The notes beneath the pieces are model-generated. The model searched no databases. It saw nothing but the letters and a program-made list of their open reading frames with translations, and had not been told where the DNA came from. A DNA stretch of 63,718 nucleotides, counting the filler, from Craspedostauros australis (Eukaryota): NCBI GenBank assembly GCA_030167865.1. It is 5 parts of 5 records of this genome, joined end to end, with 100 filler letters (N's around TTAATTAATTAA, not from the genome) between each part and the next. Parts side by side here need not be neighbours in the genome. Positions count along the whole stretch, not along the records: positions 31,028 to 55,199 come from JALAGF010000318.1; 4 more parts are not named here. One strand, 5' to 3'. A program made the position numbers and the translations under genes. Shown here piece by piece: positions 42,879-55,299 of the stretch (positions are counted from its first letter, which is position 1; the number at the start of each line of letters is the position of its first letter).

Positions 42879-44534
42879 TTAGTCGTCGTGCTCTGTCCGC
42901 GCCTCAGCGTCAGTCTCCTGCAGCGGCGATTTGATGGACCGCACGAAGTCCACCAGTGTTGCTCGATCCATGTCCAAATCTACTTGCGAAGTACCCTCGT
43001 CTTCATCTATAACCTTGTACAACTCCATCATGGACATGTGGCTGTACTCATCATCAATGCCATCGCTCTTCATTCTACCACGGCAGAGGACATGGATGCC
43101 TCCCATCAGTTGATGGTGTGGACTCAGCTTGCTGAAATCTGGATGACTGAACAATTTGTTCTCATTTTCAGCTGCCATTCTCATTGCTGCATCCTCCAAC
43201 ACCACGCAGTTGTGTTGATGGGCAAATAGCAACGCATCTATCATGCCCTCCTTTGTGAGGTGCTTGCGGGCCAACTCTGCTTCAAGAAAAAGCTTGAGTT
43301 GCAAAAAGCCGAACTCGTTGGCCACAATGAGGAGCTGTTGCAGATCGTGCTGTCCATGGAAGGTGGATGGTGGTTGGTCAGAGCCATCATGATCAACGCT
43401 GTCATGAGCGTTGTCATCGAAGGACATCTCACCGGTGTAGATGCATTGGAGGACACGCTCGACATGTTTGGGTTGAAGGTTGGGAAGAGGGATGGTTCTG
43501 TGGATGTGTGCAGTGGAGTCATCCGTGTCATCGTCAGCAGGCTGAAATTGGATTCCTTTGTCGATCAGTGTCTCAATGGATGGGACGGTGACCACAAGAA
43601 CTTCGGCGTTCGCCTTGATTGATCGTTGTTCGTCCCCTTGTCCGCACAGGAAGATGGTGTTTGCCTTTTTCTCGGTTTGAAAAGACTGGCGCCGGTCTTT
43701 CTCGGTGCTGATGTTGATCCTCTTGCAGGTATTGCGTTTGTGCTCTTCGGAGTGCGCTTTGGGGCATTGTTTCAGCTGTTCATTCTCCTCCTTTTGTTTC
43801 AACTGGCATTGCAGTTCTTTACTCTTCTGCTCTTCGTCTTCCAACTTTCGTTGCAGCTGTCGATTCTTCTCCTCCTTCTGTTCCAACTGTAGTCGCAGTT
43901 GTCCACTCTCCTGCTCCTTCTCATGATTCTCCTCCTCCTTCTGTTCCAACTGTAGTCGCAGTTGTCCATTCTCCTGCTCCTTCTGTTCCAACTGTAGCCG
44001 CAGTTGTCCATTCTTCTGCTCCTTCTCGTGATTTTCCTTCTCCTTCTGTTCCAACTGTAGCCGCAGTTTTCCACTCTCCTCCTCCTTCTGTTGCAGCTGA
44101 TCTTGCTGACGTTGCAGCACTTGGTAGTACAAGCGGAAACAAGTATTGATGAGCGATTTCACCATTTTTTTGCGCCCTTTTGCTTCGGCAACATCAAACG
44201 GCGTTTGGTTGTTGTTGTTCTTGGCGACAATGTCAGTTTTGCCTGCCCCAAGCAGGTATTCCGCACATTCCAAATGGCCCTTTGCACATGCTACATGGAT
44301 AGGAGTGTCGCCAACGTTGTTTTGGATGTTGATGTTGGCGTTGGCTGATCCAACCAAGTATTCCACACACTTCAATTTGCCGTGCTTGCATGCCACATGA
44401 AGGAGAGTGTTGCCGCGAGTATCATCAGTGATGTTGTTGATGTCACCTTCATTCTGCTCCTTCCATGTGATCAAAGTGTTCAAATCTCCTGATTTGGCGG
44501 CATCGAGGAGTTGGCTCCTCGTCACTGTCGCCAT
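42879..44534 (-). CDS. Ankyrin repeat - coiled coil - BTB/POZ domain protein (551 aa)
   Basis: Ankyrin repeats (GNTLLHVACKHG, GDTPIHVACAKG, QTPFDVA), E/Q/K heptad repeats, and a BTB-like region (IKANAEVL...IPLPNLQPKHVERVLQCIYTG...LLIVANEFGFLQLK...LLFAHQHNCVVL). Confidence 0.87.
   Translation of the reverse strand: MATVTRSQLLDAAKSGDLNTLITWKEQNEGDINNITDDTRGNTLLHVACKHGKLKCVEYLVGSANANINIQNNVGDTPIHVACAKGHLECAEYLLGAGKTDIVAKNNNNQTPFDVAEAKGRKKMVKSLINTCFRLYYQVLQRQQDQLQQKEEESGKLRLQLEQKEKENHEKEQKNGQLRLQLEQKEQENGQLRLQLEQKEEENHEKEQESGQLRLQLEQKEEKNRQLQRKLEDEEQKSKELQCQLKQKEENEQLKQCPKAHSEEHKRNTCKRINISTEKDRRQSFQTEKKANTIFLCGQGDEQRSIKANAEVLVVTVPSIETLIDKGIQFQPADDDTDDSTAHIHRTIPLPNLQPKHVERVLQCIYTGEMSFDDNAHDSVDHDGSDQPPSTFHGQHDLQQLLIVANEFGFLQLKLFLEAELARKHLTKEGMIDALLFAHQHNCVVLEDAAMRMAAENENKLFSHPDFSKLSPHHQLMGGIHVLCRGRMKSDGIDDEYSHMSMMELYKVIDEDEGTSQVDLDMDRATLVDFVRSIKSPLQETDAEARTEHDD
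43872..44092. repeat. Coding tandem repeat with alternating 63/42-bp units (105-bp higher-order period)
   Basis: Core CTCCTTCTGTTCCAACTGTAGYCGCAGTTKTCCA starts at 43872, 43935, 43977, 44040, with a partial copy at 44082. Encodes GxLRLQLEQKE. Confidence 0.9.
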
Positions 44535-45835
44535 GCTGGTGTGATGGTGACTGTTCGCGAGGACGAGTGTTGGATGATTGGCGGTTCAGAACGCGTGTGT
44601 GGGATACGGGATGCACAGGAATCGATATCTCCTCTTCTGACAATCACATGTGAGGATGGTTTCGATGGCGCGCTTCTTTGTTCTGTGCTCTCTCTGTCTC
44701 TCTGTCTCTGTTTCATACAAACTCGTGCTCGGATGGAGTCCACGCATCATCTGTGGCCGATTCGTCTCTTTTTCTCAACGGACGAGACATGGCGGCGTCG
44801 CCTTCCCTTAATCGCACCCCACCGATTGGATGACGCGGTAATACAAGTATACTCTGCAAATACTCACTCTGAAAAGTTCGGGTTCCAACGGTCCTCTTTC
44901 CCGATTGTGTTCAATCGCGGTTGATGTGTCCGTTATTGTCATTTGAAAGCAGCGGACTTTAAATATTACCTTGTGTTTACGATATCACAGATAATTCATA
45001 CACTAGTATTCCCATTCTTATATGACGTCAGATGCGTCATTGTTCATCCTGAACGAACAACAAACAAATCGACGTTTGGGCGCGCAAACGGCTGGCACGA
45101 AGATCCGCGACAACAAACCGGCCTTCCGCAGAACACAACAGTGCACGCACAACACGAAAACCAGACAATACAATCCCAACGAAGTCGCACCCCATTCATA
45201 GATCCAAACGAGTACCCGTGGAGAGCACTCAACTCCACACCTTATCGACTCCTTTCCGTCACCCAACCGCAGATACTCAAGCCCCAACAACGGAGAGCGA
45301 ATCGTCTTTCCTCTCACACGCAGAGTAGATCGTTGAGAGTGCGGATTGTCGTCGTTGCAACATGCGTGGCTTAGTCCACAAGCGCCTATCCGCCCAAGGC
45401 TCGACGCCATCCTCAGAATGAACACTGAGTGGCCAGACGACGAATCACTTCGGCGAGTCAATTGGTGTGGGAGATGATAGTATTCTCCCTCGCATGCTCA
45501 ATGGATGCGCGGAGCGCAATGTTGCTCGATTCAGTTCGACCTCCCAGTTTGTGCTCAGTTCGTTTGCTTTCTTGCTTGCCTTCGTCGTATCCGATTGCAC
45601 ACCAGCGTGTACTTGTACATTTCAGCGCACATGACACTGTGATCTGCTTCTACGACGTCGACTTTTATGCAACACAGTACTTGCACTTTCTCTCGCATCC
45701 CTGTCTCTCTCTCTCTTCCTTCGTCTCCCATTCAATTCTGAACCATCCGTTGGAGCGTTGTCTGCGCCGGAATAAGACTACAAATGAAACTGGAATAGAA
45801 GCAGTGATGGTAGCACCAGAAAATGGCTTGCTGGA

Positions 45836-47513
45836 TTGTTCCAACCATGTGCTCACAACAACGCGATGCGGGCTCCAGCCTTGGTCCAATCATGGGAGGA
45901 GGGTATGCTTTGTCGTGTCGAAGGCAAACATGATGATGCCCTAAACCATTTCGCTTGTCTTACGGGAGGCAAAGCTATGGTGAGGTGTTTGTTGAAGTCT
46001 GGTCGAAACAAGGTCGACGTCAACCACCGGGATAACCAAGGAATGACAGCACTCCATCTCGCATATCATCGTGGACACGCAGACGCTGTGGATTGCCTGA
46101 TGGCGTTGGATCGTGTGCACGTGCATGTCAACATTCGAGACAACGACAGCAAAACGCCAATGCATACTGCATGCAAGGCTGGACACCAAGACATCATCAA
46201 GTACTTCAAGCAGTCGGATCGAAGCGATGTGAATGCCAACACCCGAAACAACAAAGAGCAGGCGTTGCTTCATCTTGCTCCCAGGTACGGAAACAGAGGT
46301 GTTGTCGATCACTTGATGGGGATCTGATCGACTCCACTTCATCATGGAAGACAACGATAAGAACAGTTTGCTCCATCATGCTTGCGAACAAGGACAGGCC
46401 AACGTTGCAGCACTTGGTACGATCAGGGCAATTCGGTGTCGATGTCAACATCAACAAGTAGAATGATGAAGGTGACGCACCTTTGCATTTGGCATATTGC
46501 AGGGCGGGAACAGACATCCTTCGATACCTGCCAGAATCAGATGATGCCGGACCAATGATACCACCAGACACACCTGCCCCTTCAATTTCATCCAACACCA
46601 AGTCGTCCCCAAGACCAACCTCAACGACTTCTGTCATCCAAAGAACTCCTTGGGAGATACGCTTATCATCGAACGATTGATGGCTGAGGCCAAACCAATC
46701 GCAAGCATTCATAATCATGATGATGACACACTTCTCCATCTTGCATGCCAAGCTGGTGGTATATCCATCCTTCAACGTTTGGTCGGGCGTGACTCGGTGG
46801 GTGCAACGCTGCAGAACAGCAATGGTGACACCGTTCTGCACTGCACTTGCCAAGCCCAAAGCAACAGCAACACCAACGGCATCGTCGGCAGAAATTTTGT
46901 CGATGACGACGATAACAGCCATGATGATGACGGCCGTGACGATGACAAGGTAGAGATGATGAAACTGTTTGTTAATTCAAGCAACGCGAAGATGGATGTG
47001 CATGGGGTGAACAATGAAGGGAACACGGTGCTTCACTGCACGGTGAAAGACAACTGCTTGGAGCTGGTCCAGTACCTCATGAGGTTGAAGGAGATCGATC
47101 CGCACGTGCGGAACAAGGCTGGCGATACGGCGTTGAAGTATGCGCAGAAGCATTTCCACAGTGATGCGAAGATGCCTGCATTCTTTGAGCCGAGGCTGGA
47201 TCATCACCCGCCGCGACAAGGAACAAGCGAAGCCACCGCTCTGATACGCCGACGGAGGCCAAAGCACAAGAGAAACGGCAGCAGCATTGAACAGGAAAAT
47301 ACCCGCCGCGCATCTGTGAGATCCTCGCACGATACCCCTCTGGTACCATCAGCGGTCGTGGGGCTGTCCGACTCCAACGTGGCGTGCTTCCTTGTTCGGC
47401 CTGCCACGGAAAAGAGATGTGAGGACAGGGACACAAATCCGCATCAAGACATGGACGGAATGCGCATGAGATGGGGACTAGAGAGCGTGGTAGGAGCAAT
47501 AGAGTCGGAATGA
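45836..47513 (+). pseudogene. Degenerate ankyrin-repeat gene
   Basis: Ankyrin units (GMTALHLA, KTPMHTAC, NSLLHHAC, GDAPLHLA, DTLLHLAC, GDTVLH, GNTVLH, GDTAL) are spread over all three frames. Stops fall at 46325 and at 46459 (NK*NDEGDAPLH), with no splice signals seen that would repair them. Confidence 0.75.
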
Positions 47514-50120
47514 ATGAAATAGATACGTTTGGGTGAGGGACAGCCCCTGATGCGGCCGCGCTTGCTTCATCCGTACTTCGACAACGAGTGAGACTCCATC
47601 AGGTCGGAGGATGCCCGCACTCTGTGTAAGTAAAAATAAAAGTACGTCACAGTACGAGTAGCTCATAGTATTGTATCCAAGGTTATCATAATATGTACGA
47701 GCACAACAGAAGACAATGGGATGTGAGTGTTGCAGAAATCGATACACGAAAAAAAGAAAAACTGTTGAAAAAGGGCGGATGGTGCAAAAAGATGTGTGTT
47801 CCCTCAAAGGGTCTCAAAGAATGACGTGTGGCCCATTGATGCATCTCACCACGGTTATCTCTAGGAAAATGCAAGAGATGAGGGTATTTTAGAGAGGTGC
47901 AAGGCTGACGCTTTGGACACAATGCAAATTCATATACCCTGCAAAGTTTGGATCTTCGCTTCGCGATTCTTGTTCATCTCAGCGACAAACATGAACGACA
48001 TCTTTCTTCGTCTGCTCACTCCAACACCAACAGAACCACAATCCCAACACCATCCGAGCTCTCCCCTCCCCTCTCACGTATCTGCAACATCGGTTCTGGT
48101 TTGTGCAGCCATTGATCGTATAATTGGTATCTCACTGGAATACCGATGCAATCAGAGCACATGACCTGCACAGAAGGACAATGAGAAGGAGTCTGCCCCT
48201 CTCGTGATACATCATAGCTGTACCCAAGCTGTCACAAGGATGATCCGGAGCGCAAGCGACTCAATGACTGCATCCGACGAACGAGGGATCGGGAGATGAT
48301 CACGACACTGCTGGCAGCAACCAGCAATCAGCTCAATGTACAATGCACGTACAATGCACACAGTTGTCTTGGTGCCGCACAACCGCTTCGACTGGATCGG
48401 CAATCCAAATTCTTACAAAGGGATGGACGAATGAACGAACAGATAGCATGGACCAGCCAATGCATGGCGGATCAATTCTGCTATCGCTTCGCGTGAGTGT
48501 CGTCCCCCTGTCGAACCATGAAGCAGCAGAGCGACACTAGAGCAGATGCTATTATATTGTACGCTGCTGGGTCATGAGGACCACCGAATCTCTATGCATG
48601 ATATACCTTTCACAACCAAGTCCTCAGAAACGCATCTCGCCCCATCACAGCACTCCATGCCACATCCTTCATCAACAGATAACGCCGCTGCTCCAAATCC
48701 AGGATCTTATCGATCGCAGATATCTCCTCGTCATCCCTCGCTCTCGATCAGCATCGGTGTGCAAATCATCGGCGTCACGCAAGGCGGAAATGAAAATGGC
48801 ACGAAACTAGTTTCCAACCAAACGAGGCATTGAACAAGGAGTCCTCATTGTCTTCATCATCTGCGTTGCGAGCGAGGAAGAGCGGCGAATCCAGGGCACA
48901 CGCACATACGGATAGATGGACCAACGGCAGTGCAAGTGGTAGAGGAAACGAAAGAGTATGCGGTCCGCATGATGCAAGTATCCATGCTGGCGGCCGTCTC
49001 TGCCTCTCCCAACAACTCGAAACATAGCAAACGTCAGCAACATCAACCTCACACAATCCATCGTACTGCCGCTCCCACCGACATCACATGCAAGCAAAAC
49101 ACAGAAAAGTAGAGGAGAGGAGAGTAGAGGAGCGTGAAATGGAGAAGATGAGAATGAGTGAATGGTGAAGTCGTGCAATCTGGAATAGCATTGCAGTACT
49201 GTGCAGTGTATGCGTCGGTGGAATGCAAACGGTCAGACACTCAGGTACGTCCAAACGGTCACAGATGGACCGTACACTCAAACGGTCAAATGAAAAATGT
49301 CAATACTGTCCGACAACGCCGACCGTGATCGGACTCGTCCGTGTTCGCCAAGCGAGAGCAATCAACTTCAACCACAATCCCGCATGGCTCATTAATGCAG
49401 TCTCGCACCACAAATTGCCCTTCGCGACACAATCTCTTCACTTCACACTTTCTGACAGAGCGGTTGTTGTTGCTCTTCTTGTTGGTGAAGGATTCGTTGG
49501 TCGTCCCTCGATGGTGGCGCCTTTTTGGCCACCAGCACGCATCCCTATTTGGCAACGGCAACGCCTCTCTGCAGGTACCAGGACACGGCGTGGTTTTGAT
49601 TAGATGCAAGTGAAACGATGAATCCTTGGACTTGCCGTCTCTCTCTCTCTTGGCATAGTGCGAATTGAGGCTACCTTGAAGCAGAAAGGATAGGCCCGCC
49701 CCGGGGAGATTGTGCCTTCACTAACTCGCCATGCACTTTGAGTGCTCACGGTTCGTGCACGTGCTCTCACCAGCGTTCTTCTCCACAGAGATGGCCAATG
49801 AGCCTCCATCGTGCCAAGCTCCCAACACGTTTTGTCACACGTGTATCATCAGCACCGTGATGTCCCTGTACCAGTCGCACAGGATCAAGCGCCCCCACGG
49901 ACAGAGTATGTTCACTTGTCACCAAAGCACGCGTACGAATTATTCCATGAAAAATTGAGATCTTCCGATCCCGCCCTCCAAGTGTCCGCATTCAGCAACG
50001 ACAGCAACAACAACAACGCCCCCCATCCATCTGTCCTCCATCCACCTTCCTTCTCATACCTTTGGCTCACAAACATCGCATTGAGCATCTCCGCACCGCT
50101 CTCTCAAATCATCCGGCATC

Positions 50121-51700
50121 ATGATGTCCAACAACCAGCGTTTGGTGGCGCTTGTTGCCCTGGCCATTGCCAATTCGTCCGTCGCATCGGCAGTGACACA
50201 TGCAGCAGGCAGCGAGATCGATTACCACGACGCGGCGAAGCTCCAGGCGATCATCGGCGACGTACGTTCATGGGAGTATCCTGGAATGACCAGCGTATCT
50301 TCTTCTTCGACCAGAGACAGCACAGGGAACTCGAATGTTCGCAAACAATCCGCCCACTCCGACTCATCCATCTGTCTGTGCCGATACCACCGTTTGCTTC
50401 TCGTCGCCTACATCACTCAACTGTGCTTGTGCTCCACTCCCCTCCACTTCACTCTGGACTGCACCATCTAATTCAATAATGCTTTGTATCGATCCAACGC
50501 ACCGCGCAGACGCCAACGCATCACCTTGGAAAGCAATCCGCGCACCGTCGTCAACGACAAGCACAAACTGAAGCTGGCGCAAAGGAAGCCGATCATGTCC
50601 ACGAGTTTCGCGATGGTGAAAGCGGCATCCAACAAAGAACACTGAAGACGAGTAAATCATCGAAAGCATCCAAATCGGAGGTCGACGAATGCGACCCGGA
50701 GACTGTCAACCTTGCAGACTATCCCCAGTGGCGAGCAGAGGAGGGGTACTGGATTGGCGACTACACCTTCTACGGTGCGGATGGCCAACCTTTCAGCTCT
50801 GCCACTTGGAACTACCGCTACGACTCGTACAAGGGCTTCATCACGGGCAATGTCGAAGGGTGAGTCATGATCATGCCCAGCAGAGGCGTTCTTCTGTTGT
50901 GTGCTCGTAATTTGTGAAGCATCGAGGGGCATGGCACAAATCGCGTGCTGCATGCGGTATGGAATATCACACTGCTTGATTTTATACATACTCGAGTTGC
51001 ATCTCTCGTCATGTACTGTATGTGACTATCGCAGCAACTTGCTCACCCGCGGTGCAATCTCGACCAATCATCTGATGGTCACCATCATATTCGTTCCACA
51101 CACTGCGACACCGACAACACCAGGAATGCCTACCGTCAGCGCAACGTTTTCTTTTACCCCCCGCAAATCGCAGAGGAGTGCGCAGTAAATGACTCCGTCG
51201 TCGGGACCGGCACATGCGGAGTGAACGGTAACACCAAGGTCTTCGAGGCCGACCAAGCTGCGATGACGTGCAGCACCAACCCAGAGCTCGGCGGCGACAT
51301 CTCTGGTCCGTTCGCTGGGATCTTCGCTACGACGACAGAGCTCGTCGGGGCGGACAACGCTGTGCTCTACCAGGTCCTTCTGGGCGACTCCATCTTCCAA
51401 AGCCAGCTCACCACCTTGACGGAAACGCCAGATGGTGCCATGCGCCGCACGCGAACTGCGCAAAGCTTCGCCGGTGGCGTGCCCATCAACGCATCCTTCT
51501 TCCGCGAGCGCAAGGTGGACAAGGCGACATTTTACGCCGAGATGCAGGCCATCATCACTGCGTATAATATCCAGGTCTCCGATACCTGCACGTGGGTGGA
51601 TAACTTCGATCCCGCCAATGGCGGTCCTGTCATCGACTCTGGTCTGGAAGCCGGAATCGCTGGTTGCATGGCCCATTTGGAGACATCGTTCGAGTTGTAG
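50121..51700 (+). CDS. Secreted protein of unknown function with RXL-KXXK segment; exons 50121-50261, 50510-50859, 51124-51700 (~355 aa)
   Basis: Signal peptide. Introns GTACGT...GCAG (phase 0) and GTGAGT...CCAG (phase 2) give a continuous frame with an aromatic/Cys-containing globular domain (GYWIGDYTFYG...YKGFITGNVEGNAYRQRNVFFYPPQ...GTCGVNGNTKVFEADQ). Confidence 0.8.
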
Positions 51701-51898
51701 AGATGGGTAATCGGCGCATCGCACTTTGCCTTGCGGCGTAACCTTCGGGGCAGCATCACGTAGTCCAATCCTATCCGTGCAGTAGTAAACCGTAGCACCC
51801 GTAGTTGTATGCCCGCAAGTGTATGTAGAGCATAGCACAGCAGAATGGAGTGTTGCTATTCCTTGCTAATCCTTAGAATTGCAGCAACCAAGTTCTGC

Positions 51899-54800
51899 TC
51901 ACGACACCAGCAGCGAGACCAGTTGAGCAGTCTCGTGCAGAATGAGAAAGATGCTCGAAAAGAGAAACCGAGGAGCGTAGATGGCCCACACCATCAGATG
52001 CCGTCTCAGGAGGCTCACGGAGATGCAATTCGCTGACGTCTCCAGCAACTGGAAGAGGCCGTACCATCTCCACAGGCTCTCCCGCCTGCTCCACGTCGCC
52101 GTCATGCGAACGATCATCATCCCAACCACCTCCCAACCAAATGTATTCAGGAAGAGATGGGTGCCACCCAGAGCAAAGTTGAATTCCATGGTGGAAACGA
52201 ACGCAGCCGAGTACTGCAACCGGCTGAAGGCGCAGGCGTGGTTCGTTGCGAAGAAGGTGTGGCGCACCACAAAACGCCAAAGTATCGCCAACACCATCGT
52301 CGATATCTGGTGCGGGTTGTGCGTCGTCATAAGAGTAGAATAATGCGGCAGAATGGGTAGATTGTGTTCATTCGTTTGGTGCAAATTGTTTGCGCGTGAT
52401 ATGACAGATGAACACCAATATCGCTTGAAGTGAGAGACAGAAACTTAAGCAATGTATTCCATGCAGCGCCAATGCAGTGCACTACAATGCAGTCCAATGA
52501 AATACCGTCCGAGCGCACTACTCACCACGAATCGACCTTTCTCCGCAACGAGCATGAACCATACGGATGTCTGAATGGAAAACAACACCAGCGTGGATGC
52601 TGTGGATGGACCAGTGACCACCATGATGAAGATCAAGATCTTCGAAATGAGAGCTGCGTCGACCATGAACGAAGCCGTCCTCGTCGCTGTTGTCTCGGCT
52701 GGCTTGGAGTTCGCCGCTGGTGTTGGCATGGCTGCCGCTGCAACTGCCGCCGATCGTTTCGTCTGAATCGATTCGAAGATTGCGAGCGGAATGGACAGCA
52801 GCAGAAGGAAGATGGCAGCGCTCATCCACGAGTATCCATTCCGTGAGGTATCAGCGTCGCGCTTTTCGATCCAACCAATTGCGACGAGGGCAAGGACTAT
52901 GCAATCCAACGCCGCGTGGTAGCGGGCTGTGGATGTCGCAAGAGCGGGGGAGGAGCGGAACAGCCGCACACGGAAGAAGCCCAACACGGATAGACTTGTC
53001 AAGAAGAACACGCTGTTGTGTGCCGCATGCAGTCGAATGGATGAATCCAGACCGTGTCCTGTGATGAGGCATTCGCCCATGCGGGACATCACTGGCAGCG
53101 TGAATGGCAGCAGCTCCCTCCAATTATGACGGCCTTGATATGGAGCATGGCCAGCGGCTGTGGCATTTACGGTGGCATTGCTTCCGTCTCGGTACCGCAC
53201 GCACACCGCCAAAGCCAGTATCGACAGCATGAACATCACGATGCTCTGTTCCGCCAGAATGTAGCTGTTGCTGAAGGTCAGCACGGCGCTTTGGAAGAAG
53301 ACGAAGATCGTCGCGAGCCCAACCTCCATCATCTGTGCCGTTGGTAAGGTGATGGCTGGAACCGACATCGCCAGGACCAAGCAAGCGGCGACCAAACCAG
53401 CAAGGAGGATTGCCGCGCCTGCCACCATCCCCGTTGAATCGAAGCGAGTCCAAACTCTGTGACCAAGCTCGGACGCTTCCACCAGAAAGACCTTGAACAG
53501 ACCGCTCGCTTCGTAGTACGCGATGGAGTCCTCGGCGTCGGAGTGGGCCAGGGCCTGCTGGTACTTATGCACCGCCGTGCGCAGATGCTGTTCGAGCTCT
53601 GGGAGGCTGGGTAGCTTGTTCGCTGTGCTGGAATACACCGTGAAGTACCTCCAAAGCTGCGCCGCGTTCAACGCCAGTGCTGCGGCCGTTTGCCGTATGT
53701 CTTCCGCGCCAAGCAGCGACGGCACGATGCCGCCCAGGTTCGCATACGGAATGGGCAATCCGAGCAGAACTGAGATGGTCGGCACGAGGTCGATTTGATG
53801 GATGGACTGGAAGATGTCCTGAATGTACGAGCTTCCCATCTGCGGTGTTGAATCGATGGGCATCGCACCGCATGCTGGAGAGAAGTGAGCAAAGAGAGCC
53901 GCGTTGATTTCATCATCCGTCCCGCCACCATGATTCCCATCTTCCGTCATTCCATGATCGCCGAATATCAGCGCCATGTGGCAGCTCTCCGATTCATCCA
54001 GAATCTCGAGCGTCGTCGCCAGCGCGGCATCGACCTGCCGCAGCTTGTCATCCATGTGGTAGTTGTGCGGTCCGTAGGTATGCCCCACGTGGTCCACCCC
54101 CAGAAAGTGCGCCACGATCACTTCCAGCGCATCCTCGTCATTGCCGTCACCGTTGTCGACATCAACACTCCCGCGCATCCGAAGCTTCTCCAACAACGAC
54201 GGCAGCTTTTCCAGGCAGCCATCGTCCACCGTGTTGAGATCCCTCGTGTTGAAGGACGGGAGTGGGTAGCACACCTCGAATTGTGTGGGGAACAGGTCCA
54301 CCCACGTGTCATCACCCACGAATCCCAACCTCGACGGATGCGACAGCCCGCGCCTTTGAAATGGGGTGCTCTTGAGCTGCTGCACCCACGAGTCTTCATC
54401 CACGGTGGATCCGCCGAAATTGCCGGATATATCTGCAAAGGTGGGCAGGCTGCCTGTCGTCAAGCCCTTGAGACGCTGCATCGTGACTGTTGGTGGGTCC
54501 GCAACGAACTGCAGCAGTTGAGACGATGTCGTGGAAGTAGTCGCTGCGTCGCGCGTGGCATTCAACCGTGCTCCCACCGACATGGGGAGATGATGCTGCG
54601 CAAAGTCGAATCTCAATGCATCCACGACCAGGATGACGAGTGAATCTATGCGTCGATCCAGCCAGCAGCCTGTCGATTGTTGCTGCTGTTCCTGCTGCTG
54701 CTGCTGCAGGTGTGGGTGATGATCATCGTTCGTCGTTGGCCGAAGCAATGCGGCTTGGCTTTCTTCCAAAGACAGACCCAAGATCGATCGCAGCAACTCC

Positions 54801-55039
54801 GGTGCTTCGTCGCACGTCGATGTCTGCGGCAGACTGCGCTTGGCGAGAAAGAAGGAGGTAGAGAACCAATACAGCCCGATCATGGTGAGGATGGGAAGCA
54901 GCACTTCCACCCTGCGCAGGGTCATCCTCCGCGCGTCATTCCTTGCACCAGTGTTCGCACGCCTGGTCGTCGTGCTCCTTCGTCTCCCAATCCTCGCTGT
55001 AATACTTGGGTCATGCTCATGCTTGTCCATCATTGCCAT
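51899..55039 (-). CDS. PIGO: GPI ethanolamine phosphate transferase 3 (PIG-O/Gpi13); exons 55039-52526 and 52306-51899
   Basis: VVDALRFDF, ADPPTVTMQRLKGLTTGSLPTF, GDDTW, SFNTRDLNTVD, HFLGVDHVGH, GDHGM; multi-TM C-terminus with FFATNH and RRHLMVWAIYAPRF. Phase-0 GTGAGT...CCAG intron. Confidence 0.92.
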
Positions 55040-55199
55040 CTGCCGATCCTTCTTTGTGTCACAGAACACATCCAGTGCATGCTGCTGTCAACTTGGATCA
55101 GCGTGTGAGTGTGCATGCGATGGTGGCCACTGTTGGAACAGCTGCGAATAGTGGAGCTGGAAGTCTATGGTGCCTCGCGTGAGACAACAACAACAACAA

Positions 55200-55299
55200 N
55201 NNNNNNNNNNNNNNNNNNNNNNNNNNNNNNNNNNNNNNNNNNNTTAATTAATTAANNNNNNNNNNNNNNNNNNNNNNNNNNNNNNNNNNNNNNNNNNNN
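55200..55299. other. Artificial contig linker
   Basis: N run with a central TTAATTAATTAA. Confidence 0.97.

Noticed and set aside
43872..44092. Regularly spaced direct repeats as a CRISPR-like array
   Set aside because: The spacers are themselves repeated, the unit is in-frame coding sequence, and there are no cas genes in this eukaryotic context.
46459..46461. In-frame TAG within an ankyrin repeat as programmed readthrough or recoding
   Set aside because: Surrounding frameshifts and another stop indicate ordinary pseudogene decay.
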